Shown one piece after another: positions 60,327 to 64,000 of a DNA stretch of 64,000 nucleotides (position 1 is its first letter; the number at the start of each line of letters is the position of its first letter). The stretch lies in contig CAXXWC010000013.1 of NCBI GenBank assembly GCA_963668645.2, positions 160,001-224,000 of the forward strand, written 5' to 3'. A program made the translations under genes and the position numbers. Under the pieces are notes generated by a model, which searched no databases, had not been told where the DNA came from, and was given only the letters and a program-made list of their open reading frames with translations. The stretch is from Desulfobacterales bacterium. Its GTDB lineage: Bacteria; Desulfobacterota; Desulfobacteria; Desulfobacterales; UBA2174.

Positions 60327-60375
60327 ACGGGACACCATCATCCTTGCGCATCGTTGAATAGATTTTCTAATCTCA

Positions 60376-61644
60376 TCAGGCTGCCTTTTCCGACCGCTCC
60401 GACTTACCCATATTGACTCGTACCCGGCCAGTGAGCAGATCATGCATAAGGCCGCTCTTCAAAGAAAACAATTTGTCTTTTTCTGTTTTATATGATCTGA
60501 TTTTGAAAAAGATAGTATCTAGAATTTTACAAATAATATCCTGCTCCGGTGATCTCGGCAGATGAAATTTCAATCGTTTTATATCAGATTGGCTAAGATT
60601 TTTCATGCTGCCGCTACTACCCGTTGCGGCGGTCTCAATTTGCTTTCTGATTAAAGTCCCTTGCATGGCCCAAAAAAGGTATCGTTCATTTGTATAATTG
60701 AGGTCAGGAGTTAAGCGCAAAGTTTTATCGCAAAGCATCACTTTTCCAGATATAGATTCAACGTGCGAAACCAGTCCGACCAAATCGACGGTGTTAGCAC
60801 GTGTAATAAGCAAGTCTCCATGCTTTACTAGAAATTTTTCAGACTTACACAATTTACTCAAAACGACTTTGTTCTCCCTTTCCTTAAACCCATCAGGGTG
60901 GACTGCGCTGACTTTTAAAAGCCCCCATTGGTCACCAGCCGCGGGTATGTCAGGGCAATCATAACTTTTCCCTGCGTCTACAGACCGCAAGCAACTTCCT
61001 ACGGATATTGGTTTCCACTCCTTTGGAATCCATCCAACAGGCGACTCCTTGTATCGCTCGGGGGCTTGTTCGCGGGGCGGGCGCAGGTGACCATTGGCAT
61101 CCACGCCGCGGGTAAACAGATCGTGCATCATCCCTGCCTTGATCTGCTGGTATTTGGCAATGAGAGATTCGGTCTGCTCAATCAGATTTTCTACTTGGTT
61201 CAAAATTTTCGCTATATTTATCTGGCCATATTCATCAGGGCAATTTAATTCTATCTGTCGAAGCTCTGATTGATTTAGCTTCGCCCTCGTACCGCCTTTA
61301 ATATAGGGCATCAGGTTCTTGTGAACCAACGAGAAAAAAATAAAATCCTGATAAAAGTTATCCTTGGCTCTTAGCACGTGCGCATGATTATTTACCCAGC
61401 TTTTCCCTTCTATCCGATAAGCTATAGGCCTTGTCGCATACTCATCAAAGTAACCGCCATCTTCAGCGATTAAAATCAGTGGCTCATCAAACAGATATTT
61501 GTCGACATAGCCTTGAATTCCATTTGCCCCATAATAAGGCACCGATCCAACGATTTCAGATCTTTCAGTTGAGTTAAGAGGTACGCGCATACTATCCAAT
61601 ATATCGCAGCAGTCACCGACTCTATAAGTACAGAAATCACGCAT
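60376..61644 (-). CDS. hsdS: Type I R-M specificity subunit S
   Basis: Two AT-rich TRDs separated by KAGMMHDLFTRG...GWIPKEW; C-terminal KSGLMHDLLTGRVRV. Confidence 0.95.
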   Translation of the reverse strand: MRDFCTYRVGDCCDILDSMRVPLNSTERSEIVGSVPYYGANGIQGYVDKYLFDEPLILIAEDGGYFDEYATRPIAYRIEGKSWVNNHAHVLRAKDNFYQDFIFFSLVHKNLMPYIKGGTRAKLNQSELRQIELNCPDEYGQINIAKILNQVENLIEQTESLIAKYQQIKAGMMHDLFTRGVDANGHLRPPREQAPERYKESPVGWIPKEWKPISVGSCLRSVDAGKSYDCPDIPAAGDQWGLLKVSAVHPDGFKERENKVVLSKLCKSEKFLVKHGDLLITRANTVDLVGLVSHVESISGKVMLCDKTLRLTPDLNYTNERYLFWAMQGTLIRKQIETAATGSSGSMKNLSQSDIKRLKFHLPRSPEQDIICKILDTIFFKIRSYKTEKDKLFSLKSGLMHDLLTGRVRVNMGKSERSEKAA

Positions 61645-64000
61645 ACCCCAACTCCTCCAAGAACCCTTTCAACATCATATGCGCCGCATCCCTCTGAGCC
61701 TCGATCTCCCTTGCCGTCACCGCATACTTGTTCCAAAGGTTCTCTATGGCCGCGATGCAAGAACGCTGATCGGCGCGGAGATATGCGCGGTAGGTATCCA
61801 TCAGCAGGCGGTGGAGGCGCTCCAGGATCACGCGCCGGGCCTCGTCGGTTTCGATCTTGGCGCGCGCCGCTGCCACCAGCTCCTCTTTCCGCTTATCCGC
61901 GGCGCGGATGTCGGCCTTGAGCTGTTTGGCCTCGTCTTCCAAGGCCTTGTGGCGGGCCAGCTTTTCGTCGATGCGGGCCGACCGGCCGAAATCGGCGCCG
62001 CCCTGAGTCATGCAGCCCTGGATTTGTTCAATCCGCTCCGAACGGAAACCGACCTCGGCGGCCAGGTCGAGGATGCGCCGGCCGTTCTCGAACCGGGCCT
62101 CTTTCAGGGCCATACCTTCCGTATAGTAGACTTTGTTGTTGTCTCCGAGCAAGCGGCCGGCGGCTTTGATCTCGGCGAACAAATCGGCGCAAAGGGCTTT
62201 TAGTTCCTTCAAGGCGGCCTTCCACTCCCGGTCCAGTTCGCGCTTTTCCTCCTTGAGGGACCGCACCTCATCGGATGGCAGCACGCCGCTGCCGTCCTCG
62301 TCCTCGTAGTCCTCGGCGTCCGCAGCGGCGATCAGGGCCTGCAGTTCAGACAGCCGGGCGCGGTCCTGCACTTGTTTTTCCAGGATTTCCGGGAACTGGC
62401 TGGCCAGGATCTCGTCGTCAGGGATCAACTCCGGCCCCCAGCCGCTGGCGGCGATGGACTTGAGATCCGCCTTGAGCCGTTCGACGTAGTTGGCAAAGGC
62501 GCCGCGCACCTGGTGGGTGTTGAGCAGGCGCTGGTCCTTCAACGAGTCAACGATGCCGGCCAGAAGCGCCCGGCGCAGGGCGTAGACGTTGACCTTTTGC
62601 CCGCCGTTGGGCGCCAGGGACTCGACCAGGGGCAGGTTTGCCTGCCACCAGGACTCCAGGGTCTGCATGAAGGCGTCGTGGCAGGCGCGCACATTCGGGT
62701 CTTCGTTGACCAGGGGCGCGATGTCGCGTTTTTCGCTCAGTTCGGTGGAAAAATCGGCATAGATCGCATCGTGCGGCCGCGGGGTGAAACAGCGGGCCCG
62801 CAGGCCGTTGTAGTTGGCCCAGAAATGAGAAAGGGCTTGGATCTCGGCCACCGGCACCCCGCCGTGTAGATGGGCGCGCACGTCGTGGGGCTCGGGCGGC
62901 GGGGCGTTGTCCACGTAGCGGCGGATGTTGCAGTTGTATTCCTCTGCGGCGATCTCGGCCGCCGGCACGCGGCGGGCGTAGCCGGGCACGTCGCGCATGT
63001 TGCGGTAGGTGTCGACGATCTTGTCGATGTCCTCGGAGCGCAGGAAGTTCTGGGCCTTGCCCTCGCGGTATTCACGGTCGGCGTTGATGAAAAGCACGTG
63101 GTCGCGGGCCTCGGCCCCGGCCTTGTTCATCACCAGGAGGCAGGCCGGGATGCCGGTGCCGTAAAAGAGGTTGGCCGGCAGTCCGATAACCGCTTCCAGC
63201 ACCCCGCGATCGATGAAATGGCGGCGCGCCTCGCGCTCTTCGCCACCGCGAAAGAGCACGCCGTGGGGCATGACGGTGGCCATCTTGCCGTCGGGCCGCA
63301 GCACGGCCAGCATGTGCTGGACAAACATCAGGTCGGCCTTTTTGCCCTTTTCCGGCAAAAAGACGTGAAAGCGGCCGGCAAAGGCCATGTCCTTCTTGAT
63401 GTAGTTCTGGCTGAAGGGCGGGTTGGCCAGTACCCGGTCGAAGCGCTTGAGTTCGTTGGTCTCGTCCTTGTGCAGCGGCTCGCGCAGGGTGTCGCCCTGG
63501 CGGATGTCGGCATGGCCGATGCCGTGGAGCAGCATGTTCATCTTGCAGATCGACCAGGTGGAGCCGATCTTCTCCTGGCCGTAGAGGGCCAGGTCCGAAG
63601 GGTTGCCGCCGCACTCGCGCACGTAGTCGCGTGCCTGGATCAGCATGCCGCCCGAGCCGATGGTCGGGTCGTAGACGCTCATGTGCTCGCGCGGCTCGAC
63701 AATCTCCACGCAGACCCGCACCACCTCGGCCGGGGTGTAGAATTCGCCCGCCTTCTTGCCGGCCGAATCGGCGAACTGCTTGATGAGGTACTCGTAGGCC
63801 GCCCCCAGAAGATCGGGAAACTCGAAATCCTCGTCGCGCAGGGGTATCTTTTCGAAATTCTGCACGAAGTTGGCCAGGGTGTCGTCGTCGAGGCTGCGCT
63901 GGCCGATCTTGCGGTTGAAGTTGATGCCCGAGAGCACGTCCTGGAGCACGTCGATGTTGTCCTCTTCGATGGCCTCCAGGGCTTTGTTGAGCGTGCTGCC
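61637..64000 (-). CDS. hsdM: Type I R-M methyltransferase subunit M with a long C-terminal extension (5' end beyond the window)
   Basis: GAAYEYLI, GEFYTP, YDPTIGSGG, ANPPF, PHGVLFRG and NLFYGTGIP. Confidence 0.96.
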   Translation of the reverse strand, partial: GSTLNKALEAIEEDNIDVLQDVLSGINFNRKIGQRSLDDDTLANFVQNFEKIPLRDEDFEFPDLLGAAYEYLIKQFADSAGKKAGEFYTPAEVVRVCVEIVEPREHMSVYDPTIGSGGMLIQARDYVRECGGNPSDLALYGQEKIGSTWSICKMNMLLHGIGHADIRQGDTLREPLHKDETNELKRFDRVLANPPFSQNYIKKDMAFAGRFHVFLPEKGKKADLMFVQHMLAVLRPDGKMATVMPHGVLFRGGEEREARRHFIDRGVLEAVIGLPANLFYGTGIPACLLVMNKAGAEARDHVLFINADREYREGKAQNFLRSEDIDKIVDTYRNMRDVPGYARRVPAAEIAAEEYNCNIRRYVDNAPPPEPHDVRAHLHGGVPVAEIQALSHFWANYNGLRARCFTPRPHDAIYADFSTELSEKRDIAPLVNEDPNVRACHDAFMQTLESWWQANLPLVESLAPNGGQKVNVYALRRALLAGIVDSLKDQRLLNTHQVRGAFANYVERLKADLKSIAASGWGPELIPDDEILASQFPEILEKQVQDRARLSELQALIAAADAEDYEDEDGSGVLPSDEVRSLKEEKRELDREWKAALKELKALCADLFAEIKAAGRLLGDNNKVYYTEGMALKEARFENGRRILDLAAEVGFRSERIEQIQGCMTQGGADFGRSARIDEKLARHKALEDEAKQLKADIRAADKRKEELVAAARAKIETDEARRVILERLHRLLMDTYRAYLRADQRSCIAAIENLWNKYAVTAREIEAQRDAAHMMLKGFLEELGYA

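Overview
GC-rich bacterial chromosome segment. The gene content (Ni-CODH, MoeA pair, PstSCAB-PhoU, RtcB/archease, HD protein and a ThiE-ThiL fusion after prfB) suggests an anaerobic Desulfobacterota-type organism; this assignment is an inference. Housekeeping blocks are ahcY-methyltransferase-metK, moeA-moeA/PBP-archease-rtcB-uppP-MFS, a DEAD-box helicase, pstSCAB-phoU with Pho-box-like repeats, prfB with its +1 frameshift, FNOR-cooF-cooS, a WrbA-like flavodoxin and lnt. Three accessory regions interrupt them. (1) At about 11.1-26.3 kb, two PAS kinases and a NarL/LuxR response regulator precede a four-gene secreted-surface-structure locus: a small Ser/Thr/Asn-rich secreted protein, a CsgG/HfaB-family lipoprotein, a 2458-aa acidic protein with about 30 alternating long/short Asn/Gln-ladder repeats, and a peptidoglycan-binding protein. 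This is the best candidate for an undescribed system, a curli/holdfast-anchor-like (type VIII-like) export of a giant beta-solenoid or amyloid-like subunit. (2) At about 40.4-44.1 kb there is a candidate sRNA, an internally deleted GspE/PilB gene, and an IS next to a 141-bp MITE, with three copies of the TAACTA target hexamer. (3) From 53.9 kb to the end, a type I R-M operon carries decayed cargo: an AlbA/ATPase pseudogene with an 11-bp tandem repeat and an AbiE module whose toxin is deleted. All calls come from motif recognition by eye; no database searches were run.
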